Positions 36,007 to 45,846 of a DNA stretch of 64,000 bases are shown piece by piece. The position numbers and the translations under genes are program-made. Below the pieces are notes generated by a model. It saw only the letters and a program-made list of their open reading frames with translations. It searched no databases and had not been told where the DNA came from. The DNA is from an uncultured Pseudomonadota bacterium (GTDB lineage Bacteria; Pseudomonadota; Alphaproteobacteria; Rhodobacterales; Rhodobacteraceae): positions 15,066-79,065 of the forward strand of contig CAVOYU010000004.1 of the NCBI GenBank assembly GCA_963700775.1, given 5' to 3'. Each line of letters opens with the position of its first letter. Positions within the stretch are counted from its first letter, which is position 1.

Positions 36007-36504
36007 TCAGGCCCGACCGGTTCCACCCCCGCTGGCGGCCATCTCGGCCGCCTGCGCCTTCAGCGCCTTGATCTCGGCCCGCGCCAGGGCGTCGGCGCGT
36101 TCGTTCTGCTCGTGGCCGGCATGGCCCTTGATCCATTCCCAGGACACGGTATGCCGTGCCTCGGCGGTCTCGAGGCGCTGCCAGAGGTCGTCGTTCTTCA
36201 CCGGTTTCTTCGCCGCGGTGCGCCAGCCGTTGCGCTTCCAGCCGTGTATCCAGCGGGTGATGCCGTCCCTGAGATAGACCGAGTCGGTGACGACGGTGAT
36301 CTCGCTTGGCCGGGTCAGGGCCTCGAGCGCGGCGATGGCGGCCATCAGCTCCATGCGGTTGTTGGTGGTGGCCGGGTCGCCGCCGGAAAGCTCGCGCGAC
36401 CGGATCAGCTCGCCACCCTCCCAGGCCTCAAGGACCACGCCCCAGCCCCCCGGGCCCGGATTTCCGGAACAGGCTCCATCGGTATAGGCGACGAGGTCGG
36501 GCAT
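36007..36504 (-). CDS. rnhA: Ribonuclease HI
   Basis: [35 protein letters not shown]. Confidence 0.97.
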   Translation of the reverse strand: MPDLVAYTDGACSGNPGPGGWGVVLEAWEGGELIRSRELSGGDPATTNNRMELMAAIAALEALTRPSEITVVTDSVYLRDGITRWIHGWKRNGWRTAAKKPVKNDDLWQRLETAEARHTVSWEWIKGHAGHEQNERADALARAEIKALKAQAAEMAASGGGTGRA

Positions 36505-36581
36505 GGCTCACCGGATCGCGCAGGGCCCGGCCCGTCTAGGGCGTCCGCGGGGCCGGGTCAACCGCGACCCCGGGGATCCAG

Positions 36582-36773
36582 TCAGGCGGGTTCGAGTGCC
36601 AGCCGGGCGCCGAGCGCGGCCAGCATGCGGATCGCGGCGGCAACGGTGCATCCGACGATAGCGAAGAGCCCCGCCCGGAGGCCGCCGCCGAGTGTGGTGG
36701 CGAGGGTGTAGACCACGCCGATCCCCGGCGAGATGCAGACGATGAAGGCGGTGAGCAGGAACTCGGGAGACAT
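36582..36773 (-). pseudogene. LysE/RhtB translocator remnant with large internal deletion (63 aa)
   Basis: LysE-type N-terminus (EFLLTAFIVCISPGIG) joined directly to a C-terminal-like ALGARLALE. Confidence 0.7.
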
Positions 36774-36838
36774 GGATCTGACCTTCCGCAGCGAATGAGC
36801 GCGAGGCTCGTCCCCGTGCAACCTGCCGTCAAGGGCGG

Positions 36839-37435
36839 TCAGCCGGCGCGGGCGCGGACAATCAGCCAGGGCTCGGTCTTGCCGGCCAATCCGCGGTCGG
36901 CGCCCTCCGCCTCGGCGATCAGGGTAAAGCCGGCGGCCGCGAGCAGGTCTCGAAGCTCGGACCGGGTCACATAGGTGTAAAACCGCTCCAGCCTGTCGCG
37001 GCCTTCGCCGGTGCCGGTCTTCATGCCGACATGCAGGAGCCCGCCGAGCACCAGCGCGAGGCGCAGGGCGGCGAGATGGCGCGGCAGATCGGCGCGCGCC
37101 GCGTGCAGCAGCGAGAAATTGGCCCAGACGCCGTCGTAGGCGGCCTCGGCGTCGATGTCGTCGAAGGTGGCGAGCCGGGCGCCGATGTCGTGGCGGGCAT
37201 TGGCCAGCGCCACCATGGCGGGCGAGGCGTCCACCGGATCGGGCCGCAGCCCGGCGGCGCGCAGGAAAGCCGAGGCACTGCCGGGGCCGCAGCCGAGGTC
37301 AAGCACGCGCGCGGCTTCGGGCAGCGCGTCGATAAACGCCTGCAGATGGGGGTCGGGCGACGCGGTGCGGAAGCGCTTCTCGTAGTCTGCCGCATGGGCG
37401 TCATAGGCGGCGACGGTGCGCCGGTCCGCACTCAT
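36839..37435 (-). CDS. Class I SAM-dependent methyltransferase
   Basis: [21 protein letters not shown]. Confidence 0.88.
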   Translation of the reverse strand: MSADRRTVAAYDAHAADYEKRFRTASPDPHLQAFIDALPEAARVLDLGCGPGSASAFLRAAGLRPDPVDASPAMVALANARHDIGARLATFDDIDAEAAYDGVWANFSLLHAARADLPRHLAALRLALVLGGLLHVGMKTGTGEGRDRLERFYTYVTRSELRDLLAAAGFTLIAEAEGADRGLAGKTEPWLIVRARAG

Positions 37436-38382
37436 GCGGGTTCCCGGAGCACGCGGGGCACCTTGAAGTTGACATTCTCGGTCGCGGTCACGACCGGCTC
37501 GATCGTGACCTCGTAGCGCTGTCGGAAGGCGTCGATCACCTCGGTCACGAGCTCCTCCGGGGCGCTCGCGCCGGCGGTGAGGCCGACGGCGCGCATACCC
37601 GCCAGCGCCGCCCAGTCGATGTCGGCGGCGCACTGCACCAGAGTGGCATAGGCGCAGCCGGCGGCGGTGCCGACCTCGACCAGCCTGCGCGAGTTCGAGG
37701 AGTTGGGCGCCCCCACCACCAGCAGCGCATCAATCATCGGCGCCATCGCCTTCACCGCCTCCTGGCGGTTTGTGGTGGCATAGCAGATGTCCTTCTTGCG
37801 CGGCCCGAGGATGCCGGGGAAGCGCGCCTTCAGCGCTGCAACGACCGCGGCGGTATCATCGACCGAGAGTGTGGTCTGGGTGATGTAGGCAAGCCTTTCC
37901 GGGTCGCGCGGGGTGATCCGGGCCACATCGGCAACTGTCTCGATCAGGATCACCTCGCCGTCCGGCAGCTGGCCCATCGTGCCGATGGTCTCGGGATGGC
38001 CGGCATGGCCGATCATCACGATCTGGAGTCCGCGTTCGGCGTTGCGCTCGGCATCCAAATGGACCTTCGTGACCAGCGGGCAGGTGGCATCGACATAGAG
38101 AAGGTTGCGCCGCTCGGCCTCGGAGGGCACGGATTTCGGCACCCCGTGGGCCGAGAACACCACCGGCCGGTCCGGCGGACATGCGTCCAGCTCCTCGACG
38201 AACACGGCGCCCTTGGCCCGGAGCCCGTCGACCACATGGCGGTTGTGGACGATCTCGTGGCGCACATAGACCGGCGCTCCCCATTTCTCGAGTGCGAGCT
38301 CGACGATCTCGATCGCCCGCACCACGCCGGCGCAGAAGCCACGCGGCTCGGCGAGGTAGAGGGTCAGGGGTGGCTTGGTCAT
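37432..38382 (-). CDS. ispH: 4-hydroxy-3-methylbut-2-enyl diphosphate reductase
   Basis: [31 protein letters not shown]. Confidence 0.97.
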   Translation of the reverse strand: MTKPPLTLYLAEPRGFCAGVVRAIEIVELALEKWGAPVYVRHEIVHNRHVVDGLRAKGAVFVEELDACPPDRPVVFSAHGVPKSVPSEAERRNLLYVDATCPLVTKVHLDAERNAERGLQIVMIGHAGHPETIGTMGQLPDGEVILIETVADVARITPRDPERLAYITQTTLSVDDTAAVVAALKARFPGILGPRKKDICYATTNRQEAVKAMAPMIDALLVVGAPNSSNSRRLVEVGTAAGCAYATLVQCAADIDWAALAGMRAVGLTAGASAPEELVTEVIDAFRQRYEVTIEPVVTATENVNFKVPRVLREPA

Positions 38383-40157
38383 GCGCGCTCCTCGGCGGGA
38401 CTGAACTGAAGTGCGGCGAGGCGGGCATAGAGCCCCCCTGTAGCCACCAATATATCGTGCGTGCCCTGTTCCGCCACACGGCCCTCCGCCATGACGCAGA
38501 TCCGTTCGGCGCGGCGGACGGTTGCCAGGCGGTGGGCGATCACGATGGTGGTGCGGCCCGCCATCAGTCGCTCCAGCGCCTCCTGCACACGGGTCTCCGC
38601 TTCCGCGTCCAGCGCCGAGGTCGCCTCGTCGAGCAGCAGGACCGGGGCGTCCCGCAGCATCGCCCGGGCGATGGCGATGCGCTGGCGTTCGCCACCGGAG
38701 AGCCGGGCGCCGCCTTCGCCGAGCGGGGTGTCGTAGCCCTGGGGCAGGCGGGCGATGAAGTCGGCGGCGTTGGCGGCGGCGGCGGCCGACGCGATCTCGG
38801 CCCGGGTGGCGCCGGGGCGGCCGAAGCCGATGTTCTCGGCCACGGTGGCGTCGAACAGGAAAGTCTCCTGCGTCACCAGCGCGATCCGGTCGCGGAGCGA
38901 GGCCAGCGTCACGTCCCGGATATCCTGGCCGTCGATGACGACGCGGCCGGCATCCGGGTCATGGAACCGCTCGATCAGCGCCAGAACGGTGGACTTGCCC
39001 GAGCCCGAGGGGCCGACAAGCGCGGTGACCTGGCCAGGGCGGGCCTCCAGATCGACGCCGCGCAGCGCCGGCGCCTCGCCATAGGCGAAATGCACGTCCT
39101 CGAAGCGGATGTGCCCGTCCGTCACCGCCAGCGGCAACGCGTCCGGGCGATCCGCCGCCGCCGAGTCGGCATCCAGCAGGTCGAAGATGAACTCGACCGC
39201 CGCCAGATGCTGGCGGAGCTGGACGTCGAGCTGCGCCAGGCGCCTGGCGGGGTCGATGGCGAGGAAGAGCGCGGTGACGAAGGCGAAAAAGGTTCCCGTC
39301 TCCATGGCACCCGAGGTCACGCGCCAGCCGCCATAGAGGATGACGGCTCCGGCGATCAGCCCGGCGCTGGCCTCCATCAGCGGATTGACCAGTCCGCGCA
39401 GGCGCACGATCCGGTCGGCGCGTCCGCGGACGCCCTGGACCGCCGAGTCCATCCGGGCCCGCATGGCCGGCTCGAGCCGGAAGGCCTTGATCACGCGCGC
39501 GCCAGCGACGGTCTCGGCCAGGGCCGAGATCACCCGCGCCTGCTGGGTCACCTCCTGCTGCGCAAGACGGCGCACCCGTCTTACCAGCCAGGCGACGCCA
39601 CCGGTGATCAGCGGCAGGCCGACCAGCGCCACCAGCGCCATGGACCAGTCCTGCCACAGCATGACCGCGATCAGCGCCAGAAGCGCCAGCAGGTCGGCGC
39701 CAAGCCGCGTGGCGACCAGGTCCAGCGCCTGCCGGGCGGCGGCGCAGTTGTGGGTGATGCGGGTGGTCAGCGCTCCGGTCCCCTCGCGCGCATGAAATCC
39801 CATGTCCTGGGACATCACGTGATCGTGGATGCGCATCTGCAGGCGGGCGACGACGCGGTTGCCGATCCGGCCCAGCAGCACGGTCTGCACGTAGGCGGCC
39901 GCGCCGCGGATCACGAACACGACAAGCACCCAGGCGGCGATGGCGGAGACCGCTCCCGGCGAATGACCGGTGAAGACGTCGTCCATGATCCGCTGCATCA
40001 GGATCGCGATCGCGCCGCCGGTGGCCGCCACCAGCGCCATCATCGCCAGCGCCAGAGCGTAGCCGCGGCGGTGCTCCCAGGCGCTTTCGGAAATCAGCCG
40101 CAGCAAGAGCCCGGCCCGGCGGCCGCCGATCATCCTTGCGGCGAGGTCGGTGAACAT
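38379..40157 (-). CDS. ABC exporter, fused TMD-NBD (MsbA-like)
   Basis: [32 protein letters not shown]. Confidence 0.9.
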   Translation of the reverse strand: MFTDLAARMIGGRRAGLLLRLISESAWEHRRGYALALAMMALVAATGGAIAILMQRIMDDVFTGHSPGAVSAIAAWVLVVFVIRGAAAYVQTVLLGRIGNRVVARLQMRIHDHVMSQDMGFHAREGTGALTTRITHNCAAARQALDLVATRLGADLLALLALIAVMLWQDWSMALVALVGLPLITGGVAWLVRRVRRLAQQEVTQQARVISALAETVAGARVIKAFRLEPAMRARMDSAVQGVRGRADRIVRLRGLVNPLMEASAGLIAGAVILYGGWRVTSGAMETGTFFAFVTALFLAIDPARRLAQLDVQLRQHLAAVEFIFDLLDADSAAADRPDALPLAVTDGHIRFEDVHFAYGEAPALRGVDLEARPGQVTALVGPSGSGKSTVLALIERFHDPDAGRVVIDGQDIRDVTLASLRDRIALVTQETFLFDATVAENIGFGRPGATRAEIASAAAAANAADFIARLPQGYDTPLGEGGARLSGGERQRIAIARAMLRDAPVLLLDEATSALDAEAETRVQEALERLMAGRTTIVIAHRLATVRRAERICVMAEGRVAEQGTHDILVATGGLYARLAALQFSPAEERA

Positions 40158-40264
40158 CGGAATGGCGGTCCTGTCTCGCGCCTGTCTCGCGGCGGTGGCT
40201 TACCCGATCGGTTCCGCCGATGCCAGCCCAAGCCGGCAGGCCGGCCGGGCGGGTCGGGATGCCG

Positions 40265-41005
40265 TCAGGGCGGTGTCATGGCGTGGGTTTCGAACAGGCG
40301 GACCAGCCGGATGCGGGCTTCGGGGACGGACTTCACCTCGAAGGCCGGGCAGGCCCAGTGCTCGAGGAAGAAGCCGGACATCCGTACCGCCTCGCGCACG
40401 GCGCCGATGGTCGGCTCGGCTCTGCCGGTCAGGAATCCCGGCAGCGGCAGCAGCCGGTCGGCCCAGGCGCCGCCGGCATCGCGGGAGACCGCGCGGCCCG
40501 AACGTGGCGAGACATAGACCAGATCGTCGGCCTTGCCGGTGGCGGCGCAGCGGGCGAGGTCGAGGCCGAAGCCGAGGGCCTTCAGCAGGGTGATCTCCCA
40601 GCGCGCGTAGCGCGCCGGCCAGTCCCATTCCGCGGCCGCCAGCGCGTCGGCCAGCGCCAGGGTCGCGTCGTAGATCTCGGGGTTGGGCTCGCGCTCGGGC
40701 AGCATGGTGACCAGGAGCGCGCCCGTGGCGTTCAGCGCCGCGAGACCGGCGCGGTCCGCCATGATCGAGGCGGCGCGGGAGCGCAGGAGCTCGACCCGGT
40801 AGTGGCCCAGATGCTCGGAGAGCCTGGCGCGCCAGTCGAGCATCAGCTGGGCGCCGGGCTGGAGAGCGGGGGTCAGCGCCGATCCCTGGCCACCCTGCAC
40901 CAATCCGGCGTGGCGACCATGCTCGCGGGTCAGGCATTCGATGATGGCGCTGGTCTCGCCATGGGGCCGGACCGCCAGCAGGATGCCTTCGTCGCGCCAG
41001 TCCAT
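40265..41005 (-). CDS. recO: DNA repair protein RecO
   Basis: MDWRDEG, WRARLSEHLG, YVSPRSGRAVS. Confidence 0.94.
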   Translation of the reverse strand: MDWRDEGILLAVRPHGETSAIIECLTREHGRHAGLVQGGQGSALTPALQPGAQLMLDWRARLSEHLGHYRVELLRSRAASIMADRAGLAALNATGALLVTMLPEREPNPEIYDATLALADALAAAEWDWPARYARWEITLLKALGFGLDLARCAATGKADDLVYVSPRSGRAVSRDAGGAWADRLLPLPGFLTGRAEPTIGAVREAVRMSGFFLEHWACPAFEVKSVPEARIRLVRLFETHAMTPP

Positions 41006-41014
41006 GACCCGAGC

Positions 41015-41347
41015 CTATGCCTCCAGCCCCGGTTCGCCCAGCAGGTGGCGGCCGCGCGGGTCCTCGACCTCGATCACCCAGAGATCCGGATCGTAGCGCC
41101 GCTGGCGGGCCAGCGCCGCGTCCACCTCCCCCTCGGGAACGTCCTCGGCCTGGGCGTGCCAGCCGGTGACGCCGTCGGCGCCGAATGCACGGGTGAAGAA
41201 CGAGGCGCGGCCGTTCATGGTAGCGACCTTGACGGCGACCGCCCCGGCGGTCTCGTCCCCCTTCCGTGCCACATGGGCGAAGATCCCTTCGAGCGACAGC
41301 CGGGTCAGGTAGGCCGAGACCCAGATCGCGGTCGCGAGGCGGGCCAC
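41015..41347 (-). CDS. DUF1491 family protein
   Basis: KGDETAGAV, DPDLWVIEVED; conserved era-recO position. Confidence 0.85.
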   Translation of the reverse strand: MARLATAIWVSAYLTRLSLEGIFAHVARKGDETAGAVAVKVATMNGRASFFTRAFGADGVTGWHAQAEDVPEGEVDAALARQRRYDPDLWVIEVEDPRGRHLLGEPGLEA

Positions 41348-41350
41348 CGG

Positions 41351-42271
41351 TCAGTCCCCGCCGGTGAAGTCGAGCCCCATTTCGCGGTAGCGCTCGGGCT
41401 CGTCGAGCCAGCCGGGCCGGACCTTCACGGTCAGAAACAGATGGACCTTGCGGTCGATCGCCTTGCCGATCTCGGCCCGGGCCTCGGCGCCGATCTGGCG
41501 AATGGTCTGGCCGCCATTGCCGAGCACGATGCCCTTGTGGCCCTCGCGGGCGACATAGATCACCTGGTCGATCCGGGTCGAGCCGTCCTTGCGGTCCTCC
41601 CAGGCCTCGGTCTCGACCGTCATCTGGTAGGGCAGTTCCTGGTGCAGCCGCAGCGTCAGCTTCTCGCGGGTGATTTCGGCGGCGAGCTGCCGCAGGGGCA
41701 GATCGGCGACCTGGTCCTCCGGGTAGTGCCACGGCCCTTCGGGCACCAGTCCGGCCAGCCAGCGGCGGAGATCGGCGACGCCGTCACCGTTCTCGGCCGA
41801 GATCATGAAGGTTCGGTCGAAATCCCGGGCTGCGTTGAGTTCGGCCGCCAGCGCCAGCAACCGGTCGCGCTTCACCCGGTCGATCTTGTTGATCACAAGG
41901 GCCAGCGGCCGGCCCGGCTTCCGATGGGCGTCGAGCGCCGCCAGGATATCCCGCACGCCCGCGGTGATGCCGCGATGCGCCTCGACCATCAGCAGGATCG
42001 CGTCGGCGTCCTCGGCCCCGGCCCAGGCCGAGGCGACCATCGCCTGGTCGAGCCGCCGGCGCGGCCTGAACAGGCCCGGCGTATCGACGAAGACGATCTG
42101 GCTCTTGCCCTCGATGGCGATGCCGCGGATGCGGCTGCGGGTGGTCTGCACCTTGTGGGTGACGATCGAGACCTTGGTCCCGACCATGGCGTTGACCAGC
42201 GTCGACTTGCCGGCATTCGGCTCGCCGATCACCGCAACGAAGCCGCAGCGGGTATCACTCGCCGTCATCAT
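41351..42271 (-). CDS. era: GTPase Era
   Basis: GEPNAGKST, QTTR, DTPG, NKID, ELPY, KH domain. Confidence 0.97.
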   Translation of the reverse strand: MMTASDTRCGFVAVIGEPNAGKSTLVNAMVGTKVSIVTHKVQTTRSRIRGIAIEGKSQIVFVDTPGLFRPRRRLDQAMVASAWAGAEDADAILLMVEAHRGITAGVRDILAALDAHRKPGRPLALVINKIDRVKRDRLLALAAELNAARDFDRTFMISAENGDGVADLRRWLAGLVPEGPWHYPEDQVADLPLRQLAAEITREKLTLRLHQELPYQMTVETEAWEDRKDGSTRIDQVIYVAREGHKGIVLGNGGQTIRQIGAEARAEIGKAIDRKVHLFLTVKVRPGWLDEPERYREMGLDFTGGD

Positions 42272-42968
42272 CCTGCCCTCCGATCCCAAGCAGGCGGAGG
42301 ATCGCGTCGGCCGCGCGCTGCTCGGCCTGTTTCTTCGACGGAGCCGTGCCGGTTGCGGCCTCGCCCGTTTCGAGCCGCGCCTCGACCGTGAATTGCGGCG
42401 CATGGTCGGGCCCTTCGCGGCCGGTGACGGTGTAGTCCGGCGGCCGCTGCCCGCGGGCCTGGACCCATTCCTGCAGCCTTGTCTTGGCGTCCATCGGCGC
42501 TTTCGCCGGGGCGTCGATCCGGGCCTGCCAGCGCGACAGCACGAAGGCCCGCGCCGCCGGCAGGCCACCGTCGAGATAGAGCGCTGCGATGACCGCCTCC
42601 ATCGCATCGGCGAGGACCGCCGCCTTCTTGCGGCCGCCGCTGCTGGCCTCTGAGCGGCCGAGACGGAGGAAGCCGCCGAGGCCGATCTCGGACGCGACAT
42701 CGGCCAGGGTCTCGCGGCGCACGAGGGCGTTGAAGCGGGGCGCAAGCTCGCCTTCGCTCTCTGCCGGATAGGCGGCGAGAAGCGCCTCGGCGACCACCAG
42801 CCCCAGCACCCGGTCGCCCAGGAATTCGAGCCGCTGGTTGTCCGGTTCCCCGGCGCCGGTCGCCGAGGGATGGGTCACGGCCCGCTCGAGCGTTTCCGGC
42901 GCCCGGAAACGGTGGCCGAGCACCGAGGCCAGCTTGCCGAGCGGGGTGCGCTCGTCGCGCGGCTGCAT
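42255..42968 (-). CDS. rnc: Ribonuclease III
   Basis: NQRLEFLGD, dsRBD KTRLQE..GPDHAP. Confidence 0.97.
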   Translation of the reverse strand: MQPRDERTPLGKLASVLGHRFRAPETLERAVTHPSATGAGEPDNQRLEFLGDRVLGLVVAEALLAAYPAESEGELAPRFNALVRRETLADVASEIGLGGFLRLGRSEASSGGRKKAAVLADAMEAVIAALYLDGGLPAARAFVLSRWQARIDAPAKAPMDAKTRLQEWVQARGQRPPDYTVTGREGPDHAPQFTVEARLETGEAATGTAPSKKQAEQRAADAILRLLGIGGQDDDGE

Positions 42969-43735
42969 CAGCGCACCATGGTGAAGAAGCGCTCGATGCG
43001 CAGGGACGGGAAGCGGCTGGAGCGGTCGAGCGAGGTGTGGATCATCCAGACCTGATAACGGAGGTTCCGGATCGGCACCATGCCGTGCAGCGGGAACCGG
43101 CTGTCGACGGCGAGATCGCGGTTGTCGCCCATCAGGAAGACCTCGCCCTTCGGTACCAGAAACTGCGTGGTGTCGTCCGGGCTGTTGCCGCGCGCGGGCG
43201 CAGAGGTGCCGATCCGGTTCTGGGTGTTCAGAACCGTGACGACGGAGCCGTCGGGATAGGTCTCGCGCCAGGATTCCTGCCGGCAGTCGGCGCCGTCCTT
43301 CACCGGGTCGTTGATGCAGCGTGGCATTGTTGTGCGCGGCGCGGGGCGAAGCTTGCGGATCACCCGGTCCTCGGTCCGCTCCATGCCGACCCTGGTGCCG
43401 TTGACGACAACCGCACCGCCGCGGATCTGGATCCGCTCGCCGGGAAGGCCGACGACCCGCATGATCTGCTCGACGCCGCGTTGCTGCGGATGCTCGTAAA
43501 CCACGATGGCGCCGCGCGGCGGAACCTGGCCGGGTAGGAGCGACTCCACCAGCACCCAGTCGCCGGGCAGCAGCGCCGGCTCCATGGCCTCGGTCTTGAT
43601 CCGGTAGTTGCTCCCGCCGGCCACTCGCATTGCCAGCAGCGGCCCCACCAGAACCAGCACCGCGGCCATGATCGCGAGCCCCAGGAGCGCGCCCAGGACA
43701 AGGCGCCCCCAGGATATCTGGCCGCCGCCATCCAT
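42968..43735 (-). CDS. Signal peptidase I paralogue with degenerate active site
   Basis: S26 boxes present, but TEAM replaces SGSM and IMR replaces VKR; MGDNRD retained. Confidence 0.85.
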   Translation of the reverse strand: MDGGGQISWGRLVLGALLGLAIMAAVLVLVGPLLAMRVAGGSNYRIKTEAMEPALLPGDWVLVESLLPGQVPPRGAIVVYEHPQQRGVEQIMRVVGLPGERIQIRGGAVVVNGTRVGMERTEDRVIRKLRPAPRTTMPRCINDPVKDGADCRQESWRETYPDGSVVTVLNTQNRIGTSAPARGNSPDDTTQFLVPKGEVFLMGDNRDLAVDSRFPLHGMVPIRNLRYQVWMIHTSLDRSSRFPSLRIERFFTMVR

Positions 43736-43736
43736 G

Positions 43737-44624
43737 TCAGTTGATCGACTTGAAGAACCTGTCGGGGCGCCAGTTCCAGACCTGCCAGAACGGGCCGTCC
43801 GAGGAGAGAGCGATCACCTCGGCGCGGCCGATCAGATTCTCGTAGGGCACGAAGCCGACATCGGACTGATAGCGGCTGTCCACCGAGTTGTCGCGGTTGT
43901 CACCCATGAAGAAGAAATGGTCCGCGGGCACTTCGAAAACCGGCGTGTTGTCGGTATTCGACAGCGGCGGCTCGCTGGTGTCGCCAACCGTGCCGACGAT
44001 GTTCAGCACCGAATGGGTCTTGCCCTCGGGAAGGGTCTCGAGCCAGTGCTCCTTGATGCAGTCGGCGCCGTCGGAGACCGGTTCGTTGACGCAGCGGGGA
44101 CGGCTCGGTGGGCTGCCGCGGAACACCTTCGGCTCGACGTAATCGCCGGCGCGCACGGTTTTCAGCGGCTGGCCGTTGATGTGCAGGATGCCGCCCCGGA
44201 TCTGGATCTTGTCGCCCGGCATCCCGACCAGTCGCTTGACATAGTCGACGCAGTCGTCCGGCGTGCCGCCGCGCCCGCCGGTCAGCCGCCGCACCAGCCC
44301 GGCGACCATGTCGAGCGGGCCCTGGGTGCAGGCGTCCTTGCCGGGCTTCTTGAACACGATCACGTCGCCACGCTTCGGCATGGTGCCCCAGATCCGGCCG
44401 TCGAACCAGTCCGGCGAGAACGGGAGCGAATAGCGCGAGTAGCCGTAGGAGAACTTGGAGACGAAGAGATAGTCGCCGATCAGGAGCGTGGGCTTCATCG
44501 AGCCCGAGGGGATCGAGAACGGCTGGTAGAGGGTCGTGCGGAAGACCATTGCGATCAGCAGCGCCCAGAAGATGGTCTTGACCGTCTCCCAGAAACCGTC
44601 GCTCTGCTTCTGCTTCTTGGCCAT
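43737..44624 (-). CDS. lepB: Signal peptidase I
   Basis: IPSGSMKPTL, YVKR, MGDNRDNSVDSR. Confidence 0.96.
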   Translation of the reverse strand: MAKKQKQSDGFWETVKTIFWALLIAMVFRTTLYQPFSIPSGSMKPTLLIGDYLFVSKFSYGYSRYSLPFSPDWFDGRIWGTMPKRGDVIVFKKPGKDACTQGPLDMVAGLVRRLTGGRGGTPDDCVDYVKRLVGMPGDKIQIRGGILHINGQPLKTVRAGDYVEPKVFRGSPPSRPRCVNEPVSDGADCIKEHWLETLPEGKTHSVLNIVGTVGDTSEPPLSNTDNTPVFEVPADHFFFMGDNRDNSVDSRYQSDVGFVPYENLIGRAEVIALSSDGPFWQVWNWRPDRFFKSIN

Positions 44625-44691
44625 GGGAGGTGGTCTCGCAAGGGGGCGCGCTGCGCAGGGTCCGGCTATCTGACCCCCCCGTCCGGGGAAG

Positions 44692-45117
44692 TCAAGCTGG
44701 CGGCCGCACCTCGCCGGCGCCATGCGGGATCGCCTCGATGACCACGAACGCCTGTGCCCAGGGAAAATCGTCGGTGATGGTGACGTGCACGCGGGCGGCG
44801 TGGCCGGGCGGGAGCAATGCCTCGAGCCGAAGCGCGGCGCCGCCGGTGATCTGCATGGTCGGCTGGCCCGAGGGCAGGTTCACCACCCCCATCTCGCGCC
44901 AGGCGACGCCCATCCGTAGCCCGGTGCCAAGCGCCTTTGAACAGGCCTCCTTGGCCGCCCATCGCTTGGCATAGGAAGCCACCCGCTCGCGGCGTCTCTC
45001 GGACTTCGTCCGCTCGATCTCGGTGAAGACGCGCCGGATGAACCGCTCGCCGAAGCGGTCGAGCGTCTTCTCGATGCGCCGGATATCCGCGAGGTCGGAG
45101 CCGATGCCGATGATCAT
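44692..45117 (-). CDS. acpS: Holo-ACP synthase
   Basis: [23 protein letters not shown]. Confidence 0.95.
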   Translation of the reverse strand: MIIGIGSDLADIRRIEKTLDRFGERFIRRVFTEIERTKSERRRERVASYAKRWAAKEACSKALGTGLRMGVAWREMGVVNLPSGQPTMQITGGAALRLEALLPPGHAARVHVTITDDFPWAQAFVVIEAIPHGAGEVRPPA

Positions 45118-45283
45118 CAATATTCCCTGCCGTTCCGAAGCGCAGGCTATTCGGTTCGGCCAGAGATTGCATCCACGGAGTGGACCCGGCGGGAGGGCGA
45201 ACTGTCCCCGGCGCACCGGAATCCCCTCGGCGCGCTGCCGGGCGGCCCCTCAGACGGGGCGCCCGGATCGGATGCGCGCTACG

Positions 45284-45685
45284 TCAGAACGCGGCCCTCC
45301 ACTGCTCGGTGTCGACAAACCAGCGTTCCTCGCTGACCAGGGCGCCGGTGAACCGGAAGAGCACCGCCAGTTGGCTGCCGCCGGGGACCTTGTCGCTCTT
45401 CCAGTCGATGATCGAGACGACTTCCGGGCCATCGCCGATCTGGCGGATCGAGGTGATGCCGAAGCCGGGTGGCAGGGCAGCACCGAGATCGTTCAACGCT
45501 CCACGGAATGCCGTCTTGCCCTCCAGCACGTCGTTCTGCCCCGGCATGACGAAGATCATGTCCGCGGTGTAGTCGGCGGTCAGCGCATCCCAGTCGCCGC
45601 GCGCAACGGCGTCCCATCCCCGTTCCACGATCTTGGCGCTGCCTGGCGTTGCGGCCATCGAGCCTGCTGTCTGTAGGTCGTGCAT
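45284..45685 (-). CDS. NTF2/SnoaL-like protein
   Basis: GGAGGA RBS; GDWDALTADYTADMIF pattern, ~133 aa. Confidence 0.7.
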   Translation of the reverse strand: MHDLQTAGSMAATPGSAKIVERGWDAVARGDWDALTADYTADMIFVMPGQNDVLEGKTAFRGALNDLGAALPPGFGITSIRQIGDGPEVVSIIDWKSDKVPGGSQLAVLFRFTGALVSEERWFVDTEQWRAAF

Positions 45686-45846
45686 TTCCGTCCTCCACGG
45701 GCTGCTGCAATGTTGCAAAGCTACGGAGGCTGGGCTTGGATCGGAATCGGCCGGGTGCTGTATTCTGGCTAGGCCACATGCCGCATTTCGCATACGGCAG
45801 ATGACTGAGAGCGGGGATAACTGCCGGCAATGCCGAACATTCCTGG

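Noticed and set aside
42968-43735. Dead LepB paralogue as a dedicated partner of the Tat-leader peptides
   Set aside because: It lies 29 kb away in a housekeeping operon, with no sequence evidence of linkage
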